Positions 33,569 through 44,752 of a stretch of 64,000 nt of DNA are shown here, one piece after another. The notes under the pieces are model-generated. The model was given only the letters and a program-made list of their open reading frames with translations, made no database searches and had not been told where the DNA came from. How positions within the stretch are numbered: the stretch's first letter is position 1; every line of letters starts with the position of its first letter. The position numbers were made by a program, and so were the translations under genes. Where the stretch lies: positions 248,001-312,000 of the IMG/VR virus record IMGVR_UViG_3300032245_001746. One strand, given 5' to 3'.

Positions 33569-34009
33569 TTAAGCCGCTACGGAAACCTCAACCGGCTCAG
33601 GAGTCAGCAAATCAATATATGTCTGACCCTTTGCGTCAACGTGCTCAGAAACCATTGCGAGCAATTTCGCAGTGATATCTACACCACGGGTGAGATCAGA
33701 ATAAAGATCCACCAATTCCGGCTTTGTACAAGAAGCACGAAGCTTTTCCATAATAACTCGGTGAGTCTTATCAACAACTGCCGTTGCTGAATTCTTATTC
33801 TTAGAACCCTTCGGACGACCACGACCAGGCTTTTCAGCCTTAATCGGAGTAAGATCCAAAACAATTCCGTACTCCACAATCTTATCAGCAATATAACTTG
33901 CTGACAAATTCGTAGAACGTGCAACCGCATTGATCAACTGCAATTCATCCTTGCAGTTTTCAAAAGATCGCACTGACAAAATTGCTGCTTCGAGACGTGT
34001 CTTTTCCAC
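33569..34009 (-). CDS. AT-hook protein, paralog 2
   Basis: KPGRGRPKGSKNKNS; likely GTG start after GGAG; shares ~120 nt of upstream sequence with paralog 1. Confidence 0.7.
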   Translation of the reverse strand: MEKTRLEAAILSVRSFENCKDELQLINAVARSTNLSASYIADKIVEYGIVLDLTPIKAEKPGRGRPKGSKNKNSATAVVDKTHRVIMEKLRASCTKPELVDLYSDLTRGVDITAKLLAMVSEHVDAKGQTYIDLLTPEPVEVSVAA

Positions 34010-34888
34010 TGTACTAAACTCCAAAAAAAACTGTTTTTGACTTGTCAACACCGTTGTTGACATCGTCATATTGTACAACCAAACTTCAAAGCCCTTCTCA
34101 ACTCTGAGAAGGAAGTCTGGTTTCGACTCTCCTGAGTCTTCTTCACATCACCTCATTGTACAATCAAACTTCCTGTTAAAGAAGTATGTTTCAATTACAA
34201 ATATGATTTTACCTTGTGAATTTGTCCAATGGTCTTTTGATCATTAAAATCCATAATAATTAACTTATCAGCAGTAACATAAACAGATTTTGCTGATGAA
34301 AATGACGCCTTCATATCCTCAATATTGTGAAATACTCCATTGTCTTCTGGACCAATGAATGTTTCATTGTTTGTCTGGAAAATTACAACATATTTTGTTT
34401 GACGATTCATGATATTTTTCCAATTGCATTAGAGATCATTTCTTTTACCGTTTTTCGTCCACTTTTCTCTCCAATATTGTAAAATGTATTAGCAAATATG
34501 GAAAGAAATGAAATCAATTGTCCTGATTCCACAATTTTCGTTAAAGCAACTTTGAACAATCTCTCTTCCAAAACATTAGTCAATAATGTCTCTTCTGTTT
34601 CTGTTTTGTTGATAACTCCAATTACAGTTGGATCTGTAATTTCAATTCGAAGTTTCAATCCCAAATTGGAAAAAACAATTGCACTATCCTTCGATTGATC
34701 AGAATCTCGAAAGAAAATTTCACTTTCATTAAAATCAACTGGTTTCCAAACAACAGAACGAGTCAAAATCAAATCTGAATAATCTTCACCAATACAAATT
34801 GTGATTGAATCATTGTTGTCTTTTGTGATGTTAACTCGTGTCATTTTAACCATCCAAAAAAATCTTTTACTTCAACACCATTGTACAA

Positions 34889-35311
34889 TCAAACTTCAAG
34901 AAGTGGTTTAATTGCTTCACCCCAAGAAGCACCAAAATCTTGTTTGCTTTGAATTTCCTGCAAAATATTAAGTTTTTGACGATCAATACCTCTGTTTTTC
35001 AGAACATAAATAATTGGACCAGCCATTTCCTCTTCAGAATTCCAACCCATATTCTGAAATGCCTGTCCAAAAATACAACCCTTGCATTCCGGTCCAATCT
35101 GGACTTTTTCAAATCCTAACTTGTCAGACCATGTTTCATTATATGATGGTCCAGAATATGAACAATAACGACCACCATTTTTAAGATTGTAAATAAAATC
35201 AGGATTTTCTGTTCCTAATTTAATTACTTCCGTCTTCAATACAGAAAGAAATTCATCTTCTGATGAATACTTTGCAATTAATTCACTCAGTTTCATTTTA
35301 TTATCCTTCAA
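34889..35311 (-). CDS. Family A protein
   Basis: GPECKGCIFGQAFQNMGW; stop codon is the TGA inside element 34880. Confidence 0.8.
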   Translation of the reverse strand: MKDNKMKLSELIAKYSSEDEFLSVLKTEVIKLGTENPDFIYNLKNGGRYCSYSGPSYNETWSDKLGFEKVQIGPECKGCIFGQAFQNMGWNSEEEMAGPIIYVLKNRGIDRQKLNILQEIQSKQDFGASWGEAIKPLLEV

Positions 35312-35339
35312 AATTACTTGATATCATCGTATTGTACAA

Positions 35340-35795
35340 TCAAACTACTTTTCTAAAAAGTGGTTTAATTGCTTCACCCCAACTAAGCCCTTTATCTTGA
35401 TCGTTTTGAATTTCCTGAAAAACATCAAGCTTTGTATAATGAAATTCATGATTTCTCAAAACTGTGGAAATTGAACCAATTAATTCCTCTTCAGGATTCC
35501 AACCCATATTTTGTAGGGCTTGACCGAAAATACAACCCTTACATTCCGGTCCAACTGTTTTCTTTATAGGATTTAACCAATCAGTATTGTTAGTACGATA
35601 TGCTGGTCCATTGTAAGAACAAAGACCAAGATTTCCAGGATTGTAAATAAAATCAGGATTTTCTGTTCCTAATTTAATTACTTCTGATTTCAATGCAGAA
35701 AGAAATTCATCTTGAGATGAATACTTTGCAATTATTTCACTCAGTTTCATTTTACTATCCTTCAAAAGTGTTTTACGAACGCTTCGGATTTCCAC
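35340..35795 (-). CDS. Family A protein (tandem duplicate of 34889; true start probably MKLSE)
   Basis: Near-identical N-terminus to neighbour; stop codon inside element 35331. Confidence 0.8.
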   Translation of the reverse strand: MEIRSVRKTLLKDSKMKLSEIIAKYSSQDEFLSALKSEVIKLGTENPDFIYNPGNLGLCSYNGPAYRTNNTDWLNPIKKTVGPECKGCIFGQALQNMGWNPEEELIGSISTVLRNHEFHYTKLDVFQEIQNDQDKGLSWGEAIKPLFRKVV

Positions 35796-38174
35796 CGAAT
35801 TAACATGGAACTAATTTGTCACAGTAGTTAATCGGCAGGTCTTTAAGGTGACATTCCTCTACCCACCTAGTTTCATTCCATGATACTCATTCGTTCTCAT
35901 TAAATAACTTATTTTTGATCATTTCACGCAATTGTGCAAATTCAACATTTTCCAAATTTACTGTAACCATCTTCAATATCTCGCCAGTAATTGTAAATAA
36001 ATCAGCGAGTTCCTTTGTTGCTTTCAAAGATCCTTGATATGGAATTATAGCAATGCAAAGATCGTTATACTTATCTGCATTTGGTTTTTGTACAACCCAA
36101 TTTCCATCAATACGACATTTGCTCTGTACATCTTGAAAAAATGTAGCAATTCGATTCATTTCTTCTTCAAGCTTTGTTTCTGCCATTTGAATTGTCCTCA
36201 TTCGTTCTCATTAAATAATTTAATTGTGGCTGGCTTATCAGTCTCAGGCTGAGAAAAAATAGGCTGAGAAAGAAATGAAAAGAAATGAAGAGATAACAAT
36301 TCCCCCTCATTAATTTTAAGAACCAACCCATTATCCTCATTGGTAAAACCAACGTCAATTCCAACCGTTTTTACATATAGGTTGTAGCCAGTAACAAAAT
36401 CAAGAACTCTTGACTTTGTCAAATTGTCCGTTACATGTGTCCAAAATGCAAACATTATTCCGTTTCCTTAACAGCATTTAATAACGCATCTTCAAGTTTG
36501 TTCAATGCTTCCATGATTTTCGCATGCTTTTCATCATACCAATTTTCATCAATTGGTTCTCTTTTAAAGAGAACTGTATTGTCCACAATACAAGAAACCC
36601 AAGCAGCATTGACATTAATTTTCAATTTACGATTTTTATCGTGAATTTCAATGTTTGCAAGCATTATTCTGCTTTCTGAGAAAGAATTGCTTCAACTTTT
36701 CTGGATTGTTTGGAATGAAATAATAAACCTTGTAATCTATCTTTCCGTCAAATTCAAACTCAAAATCCAATCTTCCAGAAATTAAAACCCTTTTCTTGCC
36801 AAGTTTCAAACTCAAAGTCAACTTGACAGTATTCGGAATTCTCTTATTAGAAAATCCCCAGGAACTAATATTATAACCATTTGAACTAAATGTCAAATGA
36901 TCACATAAGTATTTTGAATCAAACTTTAAAATCATTGTTGTTTCCTTGATTGTATAGCCATTGTTGTTTCCTTGATTGTATAGCCATTGTACAATCAAAC
37001 TTCAATTACCATTCTTGATGGTATAAAGCATCTTCAATTTTAAGCTCTTCATTTAGCATTAACCACAAAATGATTGTAGTTAAACTAATTTCAACATATT
37101 TAAACTCACCTTGGTGAATTCTTTCTGTTGTAAACAATTTGAGCGAATCAACATATATGCTCATGTTCTTGTAACGTCCAAAACTCAAATACTCTTCTGG
37201 ATTTTTAAGAAGATAAGCATATTTGGATTCACCTGACAATACATGACCATCTGCATTTGTTGGATATGTCACGTCAAAAACAGGTTTGGTAAATTTAACA
37301 TTGTAAATCCCATCTTTTGTGGATTCCCAACCTGTTAATTCACAAAATACACTTATCACCTCATTAATGTCAATGTATTTCAATGTTTCAGCAATAATCA
37401 TTGTTGTTTCCTTGATTATACATTGTACAATCAAATTTCAAGACCACTAAATAATCCCTCTTCAATTGAACCTTCATCACGAATTACTCGTGCTTTAGTA
37501 AGTTCAATGAATTTAGGTCTGTTCTTTAACCTGTTCCTAATAGGATTTGTAGCAACAATTAATCCTAACATCATTTCAATGCAAATTGTATCAATTTCAA
37601 ACAAAGTTAATAACTGATCAATTTCATCAAACTTTCTTTCACACATCATGTTATTAATCAAGATATACATCTTGTCAATTCCACGATCCCTGCTCTCCAA
37701 ACAAATATTGTTTGATGAAATTATTTCATCATAATATTGATTCATTTTGATTGCTCAGAATACTCTTGTGTTACTTGCTTCTCAACAGGCATTGAATCAA
37801 ATGCCCACATAAACAAAATAAGGGCAGCAAAAAACAAATCCTGAAATCGAATTCGAAAAGTGTAGTAATCTCGCTCGAAAACAAAAATCAAAAATCCAAC
37901 CACAATCAATGAAATCGATGCCGTCTGAAAAAGATAACTCATTTTCAAATCCTAATCTTTTTTAAAGATTCCCTTAATAAACCCCTTCGCAAAATTCTTA
38001 CTCTGCTTTCCAGTAAATTCACCCACATCCTCAGTTGTAGGTAAATTAATTCTTTTTGGTTCCTTATATGGCTTTTCAGAACTGGTGAGAATTAAACTGG
38101 TAAGCCACCAAGTTACAACTCCAAAAAGAATTAAACAAATTCCACTAAGAATGATTTTACAAATCTCTACAACT

Positions 38175-38840
38175 TCATTCTTTTTCATAAACCAATTCCC
38201 CATTACACATATTAATTGTTTTTGTTTCCAATTCAGCCAAACAAATAAATTCACATGATCGATATACAAATGATCTGGAAACGTGATGATGACCAAATAC
38301 CCATAAATCCGGAACATGATCTCCTAACATCCACTGAAGCATATTTCTTGTAGATGTATTGTCATATACCATTTCTCGCTTCAAAAAACGAAGAATTTCT
38401 GTAGGACAATCATGAGATATAACTACTTTCGGTTTCGTTTTTTGATATAAATCAAATGCAGCAAATTGCTGTAATGTACTTAATTCCTCTTCCTGAAACC
38501 AATCTATTCGATCAATTAATCCAGGCTTATTAATCGAATATGCTCCACGTACATAATAAATACCATCCTCTGTTACTCCATAATCACCTAGAGAATATGG
38601 AGAATTTGGGTAGATATTATAATCATCATGATTGCCACCAAGAATTTTGTGATTATTGGAATCAACATTTGATTCATCTAATCTTAACCAAGCATTGGTT
38701 TCAGTTTTAAATGAATAATGTCCAAAATCACCTAATTGAATTGTTTTCGCAGCTTTTGTTGGTGAAGAGGATTCGTAATTAACAATTGATCGCCAAGCAT
38801 CAAAATTGTTATGAGAATCACCAATTAATGTGATATACAT
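38175..38840 (-). CDS. Calcineurin-like metallophosphoesterase
   Basis: GDSH, LGDFG, GGNHD, SHDCP, FGHHH. Confidence 0.9.
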   Translation of the reverse strand: MYITLIGDSHNNFDAWRSIVNYESSSPTKAAKTIQLGDFGHYSFKTETNAWLRLDESNVDSNNHKILGGNHDDYNIYPNSPYSLGDYGVTEDGIYYVRGAYSINKPGLIDRIDWFQEEELSTLQQFAAFDLYQKTKPKVVISHDCPTEILRFLKREMVYDNTSTRNMLQWMLGDHVPDLWVFGHHHVSRSFVYRSCEFICLAELETKTINMCNGELVYEKE

Positions 38841-38898
38841 GTTTTTTCCTTTGGTAACATCATCACATTGTACAATCAAACTTATATAAGTGTTTATG

Positions 38899-38937
38899 TA
38901 AAAAAAAGAGCGTGATTGTTATTATCACGCTCTTTTT
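38899..38937 (-). terminator. Intrinsic terminator
   Basis: AGAGCGTGAT/ATCACGCTCT stem with T-runs; related to the terminator at 21054-21088. Confidence 0.85.
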
Positions 38938-39013
38938 ATTTATTTATTTAGAAATTCATAAGTAGCTACTGGTTCACACATTTAATTAGTCAGGGCTTTA
39001 GCTAACTAATCTT

Positions 39014-39184
39014 TTAAAAATGTGCGAGCCAACTAGATCGTGAACTCTTAGACCAACGAAAAATTGCGAATTTTCGTTGTACTAGACTATATTTTTCAAT
39101 AGCCGTCCAGATTTTATTAAAAACAAAAGAGGGTTTTTCAACAAAACAGAGAATTACAATCAACATAATGAATATATTGAACAT
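39014..39184 (-). CDS. 56-aa membrane-anchored peptide (not in ORF track), paralog 2
   Basis: MFNIFIMLIVILCFVEKPSFVFNKIWTAIEKYSLVQRKFAIFRWSKSSRSSWLAHF; AAGGAG RBS. Confidence 0.7.
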   Translation of the reverse strand: MFNIFIMLIVILCFVEKPSFVFNKIWTAIEKYSLVQRKFAIFRWSKSSRSSWLAHF

Positions 39185-40758
39185 GATTTTCTCCTTACAT
39201 AAGAAATTTCTTATTCTTATGTGTAAAAATTATGTAAGACTAAATCGGGATGGATCAGGACATGTCCTTCTTATTTTTTATTAATCAAATAATTATTAAT
39301 TATTAATTAAAAAATTAATAATTAATAATTTGGCGCACATGGATTTGATTTAAAATCCTGATGAAATGAGATCAGAGTTTGGTTTATTTGGTTTAAGTAC
39401 AATATCTGAGTCGATATCGTTAATAACTGTTGAATTTTTTGGATTTAGTTTCATTTTTCACATTTTTCTTTATTCAGTTGATTTTTTACTGTGAAGATTT
39501 GTTGTACAACAAGAATCATTGCTTCGTGAGCATCTTCTTGAAAATCAAAAACTATTGAAGAGAACGAGACATTTTTGAATTTCAGAGTGAATCTGAATTT
39601 AGATGAATCTTTATACAGATATGATTGATTAAGTTCAATCATATCTGTAACTTGCATAATATGATTTGTGTATGGAATTCTGACCATACTTTCCATTGGA
39701 TTTTTTTCATCATGAAGAAACTTCAGTGTTTCAACACTTTTTGGTTTTTCAGCAATTGAAATAACATCATCATGAAGAGAATAGGTTCCATTTTCAAGAG
39801 ATTTGAGTGTATTTTGAGAAATATTGTTTAAATTCATTAGAAGTTGAATTAGGCTAAGAGCCTGATCCAGTTCAATTGGTTCTGAGTAGAAATCAGCCAG
39901 ATTATTTCCTGTATAAACATGTACATTATATTTTCCGGGTTCAACAAGACTTGATGAGTAGTCAATTTTGGTAATTTCTTGTAATTTAGAAATTACGATT
40001 GAGGTATTAACCTTTGGAAAGGTTAGAAAGTTTCCAGTTTTGGCAAAAGTGGCGATAGTTGTCATTGTTAATAATTTCTTGAAATTGAAAGGAGTTGATA
40101 TCGTTGTATTGTACAATCAAACTTGGTTTTACTTTTTCATTTGATTGAGATCATCAATAAAGCTTTGTATCATAGCGTATACAACCCAGATTGGACCGAG
40201 AAGTGTAGGAATGATATCTTTTCCAAGAAAAGCGAGAGCCATTGAAAATGCGAGCCAGAACAATCCGATGAAATACAGTATATCGATCATGAAATGATAC
40301 CTCCGTTATTAATTCCCAGTTCATTTTGAATTTTTCTCAATTTACTTTTTTCACCTTCTTGAAAGGAAAGAAGGTGTCTCATTTCTTGAAAATCGGATAA
40401 GAAATTTCGAATTTGTTGTCCATTCATATTTTTGAATGTAGATTCTAAAATAAGATCTGGTGTATTTCTTTTTTCTGACAATCCAAGAATTTCAATTACG
40501 AGATTTTGGTTTGTTACCATAAAAACGCAATTTGTTGCTCTTTCGTTCATGGAAAAGAGTTTAATTTTTTGGTTATCAACATGAGTTTGTCCAAAAAAGA
40601 TGGATGTTGTATCTGATTCGAAATATGGATTTCCGGACCAATTTTTGACTTTTGGACCGAGCCACACAGTAATGGAGGTTGCATTATTTTGAATTGTTAT
40701 TTCCACAGTAAAACTCCAGAATTTAGTTTATTTGGATTAACATGTTTACATTGTACAA

Positions 40759-41319
40759 TCAAACTTTGTGATCATTTTGAATAATTTCGTCATATTGTAT
40801 TAAGCAACCATTTGAATCTTCAATAAAGATCAGGTTATTATTTTGATCATATTTGCGTTTTTCCCACCAACCATTTGAATCTTCAATAAAGATCAGATTA
40901 TTATTTTGATCATAATCATATTTTACTGAATAATCATTTGAATTTTTATAAAGAATTAGATTATTATTTTGATCATATTTGTGTTTCATGTGAAACGAGT
41001 ATGATCGTTTAATCGTCAGTTCGTTATTAACAATTCCAAATAGTTGATAATATTCTTCTTTTGGAATTTCTCTGATGACACGTAGTTTATTTGTTACAGA
41101 TTTATCACAAGAATGGATACATTCGCCTAAATCTTCAATTTCGAGTAATTTGAAATTATGTTGAATTGAATAATGGTTCAATACGTTAATTGGATTTTTA
41201 CAATAGTGGAATCCATATTTGCACATAACTGGAGTTCTTGGTAATTCGTAGGTTTTTCCGATTTCGAATTTATGATTTAGACAAATGAAATCATAGGTTG
41301 CTTTGAATCCGGTTTTCAT
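40759..41319 (-). CDS. Family B (DUF7666-like + YD-like repeats)
   Basis: MKTGFKATYDF..GFHYC; C-terminal ~21-aa repeats YDQNNNLIFIEDSNG. Confidence 0.8.
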   Translation of the reverse strand: MKTGFKATYDFICLNHKFEIGKTYELPRTPVMCKYGFHYCKNPINVLNHYSIQHNFKLLEIEDLGECIHSCDKSVTNKLRVIREIPKEEYYQLFGIVNNELTIKRSYSFHMKHKYDQNNNLILYKNSNDYSVKYDYDQNNNLIFIEDSNGWWEKRKYDQNNNLIFIEDSNGCLIQYDEIIQNDHKV

Positions 41320-41346
41320 TTGTTACTTTCCTTTATTTGTTAATAA

Positions 41347-41862
41347 CTATTTTTGACCAAATTTGGCATCGATTAACTTATTATTTTGATCATATTCATA
41401 TTTTGACCACAAGCCATTTGCGGATTCACAATAAGTTTCATTATTATTTTCATTAAATTCGTATTTGGTCCAATCACCAAATGAATCTTCATAACGAATA
41501 CGATTATTATTTTCATCAAATGTTTGTTTTGTCCAATAACCAGCTTCATAATTAGTTGTCAATTGATTGTTAATAATTCCAAATAGTTGATAATATTCTT
41601 CTTTTGGAATTTCTCTGATGACACGTAGTTTATTTGTTACAGATTTATCGTATTTGGTGATTGATATGCCAAGATCTTCAATTTCGAGCAAACGAAAAGT
41701 GTGTTTAATTGGATAATAACCAAGAACATCGATTGGATTTTTACAATAATGAAATCCATATTTACAAGGAATTGGAGTTCCTGATAATTCGTAGGTTTTT
41801 CCGATTTCGAATTTATGATTTCTGCAAGAGAAATCGTAGGTTGCTTTGAGTCCAGTTTTCAT
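41347..41862 (-). CDS. Family B protein
   Basis: Same domain and repeats. Confidence 0.8.
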   Translation of the reverse strand: MKTGLKATYDFSCRNHKFEIGKTYELSGTPIPCKYGFHYCKNPIDVLGYYPIKHTFRLLEIEDLGISITKYDKSVTNKLRVIREIPKEEYYQLFGIINNQLTTNYEAGYWTKQTFDENNNRIRYEDSFGDWTKYEFNENNNETYCESANGLWSKYEYDQNNKLIDAKFGQK

Positions 41863-41865
41863 TTG

Positions 41866-42396
41866 TTACTTTCTATCTTTTTGTTTGTGATAAGAGAAAT
41901 AACTAGTTACATTGTTATTTTGATCATATGTACGAATTGAATGATAACCAGATGAATCTTCAATATATGTTAGATTATTTCTTTCATCATATTCATATTT
42001 TAGCCAAGCACCATATGAGTTTTCAAGATAAATCAGATTATTATTTTGATCATATTTGTGTTTTACCCAAATACCATTTAGTCCATTAATAGTCAGTTCA
42101 TTATTAATCATACCAAATAATTCATAATATTCTTCTTTTGGAATTTCTCTTACAACACGTAATTTATTTGTTGCAATTTTATCTTCATGATAGATTGATA
42201 TGCCAATATCTTCAATTTCCAATAGATGGAAATCATTTTGAATTGGATAATATCCAAGAACATCAATTGGTTTGACGCAATAATGAAAACCATATTCGCA
42301 AGGAATTGGAGTTCCTGGTAATTCATAGGTTTTTCCGATTTCGAATTTGTGATCTCTGCAATAGAAATCGCGTGTAGCTTTGAATCCGATTTTCAT
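41866..42396 (-). CDS. Family B protein
   Basis: MKIGFKATRDF...; same repeats. Confidence 0.8.
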   Translation of the reverse strand: MKIGFKATRDFYCRDHKFEIGKTYELPGTPIPCEYGFHYCVKPIDVLGYYPIQNDFHLLEIEDIGISIYHEDKIATNKLRVVREIPKEEYYELFGMINNELTINGLNGIWVKHKYDQNNNLIYLENSYGAWLKYEYDERNNLTYIEDSSGYHSIRTYDQNNNVTSYFSYHKQKDRK

Positions 42397-42975
42397 GATT
42401 TTTTCTTTACTGCATTTAGACAATGGTGGAAATTATTTGCATCACAGCGTTTATTTGGATTCGGATAATATTTTTCGAACCAATTTTCAATCATTTTATG
42501 ATCAATGAGTTCTGATGTTGGATTCCAAAAACAAACGACACAACCGTCTAAAATGCACCAATTAAGGGAGATACAAACTGATCTATCGTCATATTTTCCT
42601 ACAGTTATTAGGAATCCATTAATTTGGTCCCAATTTTCAATTTCTGGATATTGGCAATAACTGCTTTTTTTGCAAAATTTTGACCATAATTCATGGTAAG
42701 CAAAATCATCTGCTTCAACAAGAAATTGTGTAACAGCAATACGACTTTCTGGGTTATTATATTTTTCAAAAAATTCGCGATTCATAATTTTCCCTTTAAA
42801 TCGAATTTAGTTGCAAGATTGAATTTCGAAATATGAAGAGCAGCAATCGCAACCTGGTTCAATTCTTACAACTTGTACTTTTCTGAGTTTAGATCTTTTT
42901 GATCCATGAGGTTTATAGGATTGGACGAATTTTTTTCTTCCGAATTTTTCCAGAGCATCCCAGGGATGATCAATT

Positions 42976-43098
42976 TTAGAAATTGGAAGATTTTTTGGAT
43001 TTACAGCACCTGGAATTCCGTAGTCGATAAGTTTTACCAATTTCAAACTTATAACCTCGGCACACGAAATTATAAGTGGCTTTAAATCCTGTTTTCAT
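42976..43098 (-). pseudogene. Truncated family B 5' fragment fused out of frame to a different gene
   Basis: MKTGFKATYNFVCRGYKFEIGKTY then unrelated sequence overlapping ORF 42807-43046. Confidence 0.75.
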
Positions 43099-43567
43099 TT
43101 GAAATGCTTTCATGTTTAGGCAGCTTTTTGCTCATAAGAGCAAGTTAGACAATATTTATTGTCATTAATAGATATTGTCCAGTCAACACCAACTTTGTTA
43201 TTTCTTGGAGAAAAGAAACAAACTGAATCTGTCAAATGGTTGTCATTAATTCCAGCGTGAATTAATAATCCTTTTAGAGTTCTTGGACCTTGACCAAAAT
43301 AACCCCAACAAACGCCATCGAAAATGCAAAATCCATTTTCTCCAACGAATTTAACTCTTTCATGAAAGTTAGAATAAGTTACACCATTAGATGTTCTTTT
43401 GCTATACCATCGGTATCCAATAATTTCATGAATTTTTCCGAGACGATCAATATGTTTTGGAGCATTTTCTTCAACTTTTGAAGAAGATCCATATTCGTAG
43501 CGATATTTAACCATTATTAAATACTCCAAAAACACAATAAAAGTGAAGACGTATTTATATTGTACAA

Positions 43568-43591
43568 TCAAACTTTGAATCCAGTTTTCAT
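43568..43591 (-). pseudogene. Family B start (MKTGFK) cut off at the element
   Basis: ATG AAA ACT GGA TTC AAA G|TT TGA: six family B codons run directly into element 43559. Confidence 0.7.
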
Positions 43592-43616
43592 GATGTATTT
43601 TCTTTGTTTGATTATA

Positions 43617-44189
43617 CTATAGATCAGTAAAAACTATTCCATCAGGATTAATTTTCAAGTTTGCCAGATTTGATGATGGATGTTTGAAATAAAACATTTC
43701 CCACAAATTATTGTTAAACACTAATTTCATGATTAGTTCTTTATTTTCATTATAGAAATATTCTTGGCATGGTTTTCCTTCGTAAAAAACTTTACGATTT
43801 AAGATATTTCCGTTTTCAAAATAAATTGAGATTTCCATTATCTCAATTTCATTTCGAATAATAAGTGTTCGATTTGATGAATCATAAGAAAAATTTCTTC
43901 CCAATAGATTCATGATTTCATCAGGATTAGTTATTTCTCTTACAATTCGAATGTGATTAGAAAAAGAATAAGATTGATAATGTTCAGTAACTTTGGATAA
44001 GTCTTCGATTTGTAACAATTTAAATGTTGGACAAATCGAGACATAATTAAACATATCTTTTGGATTACGAAAATAAAGTAATCCATTTTTAAATCGTTCA
44101 ATTTTACCTGATACTTGATATTCTTTTCCAATTGACCATTTTGATTCAAAACATTCTTCATTTACTGTTGCTAAATAACCTTTTGACAT
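43617..44189 (-). CDS. Divergent family B protein
   Basis: KGYLAT, FKLLQIEDL, NHIRIVREI. Confidence 0.6.
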   Translation of the reverse strand: MSKGYLATVNEECFESKWSIGKEYQVSGKIERFKNGLLYFRNPKDMFNYVSICPTFKLLQIEDLSKVTEHYQSYSFSNHIRIVREITNPDEIMNLLGRNFSYDSSNRTLIIRNEIEIMEISIYFENGNILNRKVFYEGKPCQEYFYNENKELIMKLVFNNNLWEMFYFKHPSSNLANLKINPDGIVFTDL

Positions 44190-44218
44190 AATTTTCTCAG
44201 TTTGAAAAATTTTGTTGA

Positions 44219-44752
44219 TTACATTTTCCTATTAATGCCATTTAAAGCATCTTGCCAATAAGAAAGTGAGGTGGTTAATCTTTTGTTTTCTGTAGAACAG
44301 ATTAATTTGTTTAGAAAATCAAACAATTTTTGAGCAAGTTTTTCTTGACCAAGAATTGTAGCAGAAGCTAAAAATCTTGTAATTCTTAGTGAATTGTGAT
44401 TAAATTCTGCCCATGTGTATAATTGTTTATCCAAATTTGGAAGAATTTGAATGTTGTCATTTTCAAATGAAAGACCAAGAAATTTCAAAAATCTTTTTGA
44501 TGCTTTTTCGAAATTTCGAATTAATTCAAGATCTGTTCGAAATAGTTCGATAGTTTCTCGATCTAACAATGGAGCATCTTTATTAAAAGCGCTTGCTTTT
44601 TCTAAAGGAAAAATAACTTGAATGAAGTTATGGCATTCTTCGAACCAATCATCATTTTGATTCAAAACTTGATCAAAAGTTAAGTTGTAAACTTGTTCAT
44701 TTTTATAAAATGAAATCAATCTTTTATTCAAGCTATTCTCCTTTTTCTTCAA
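44219..44752 (-). CDS. Opioid growth factor receptor (OGFr)-like conserved domain protein
   Basis: HNFIQVIFPL..S.FN..APLL and NHNSLRITRFL. Confidence 0.75.
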   Translation of the reverse strand: MKKKENSLNKRLISFYKNEQVYNLTFDQVLNQNDDWFEECHNFIQVIFPLEKASAFNKDAPLLDRETIELFRTDLELIRNFEKASKRFLKFLGLSFENDNIQILPNLDKQLYTWAEFNHNSLRITRFLASATILGQEKLAQKLFDFLNKLICSTENKRLTTSLSYWQDALNGINRKM

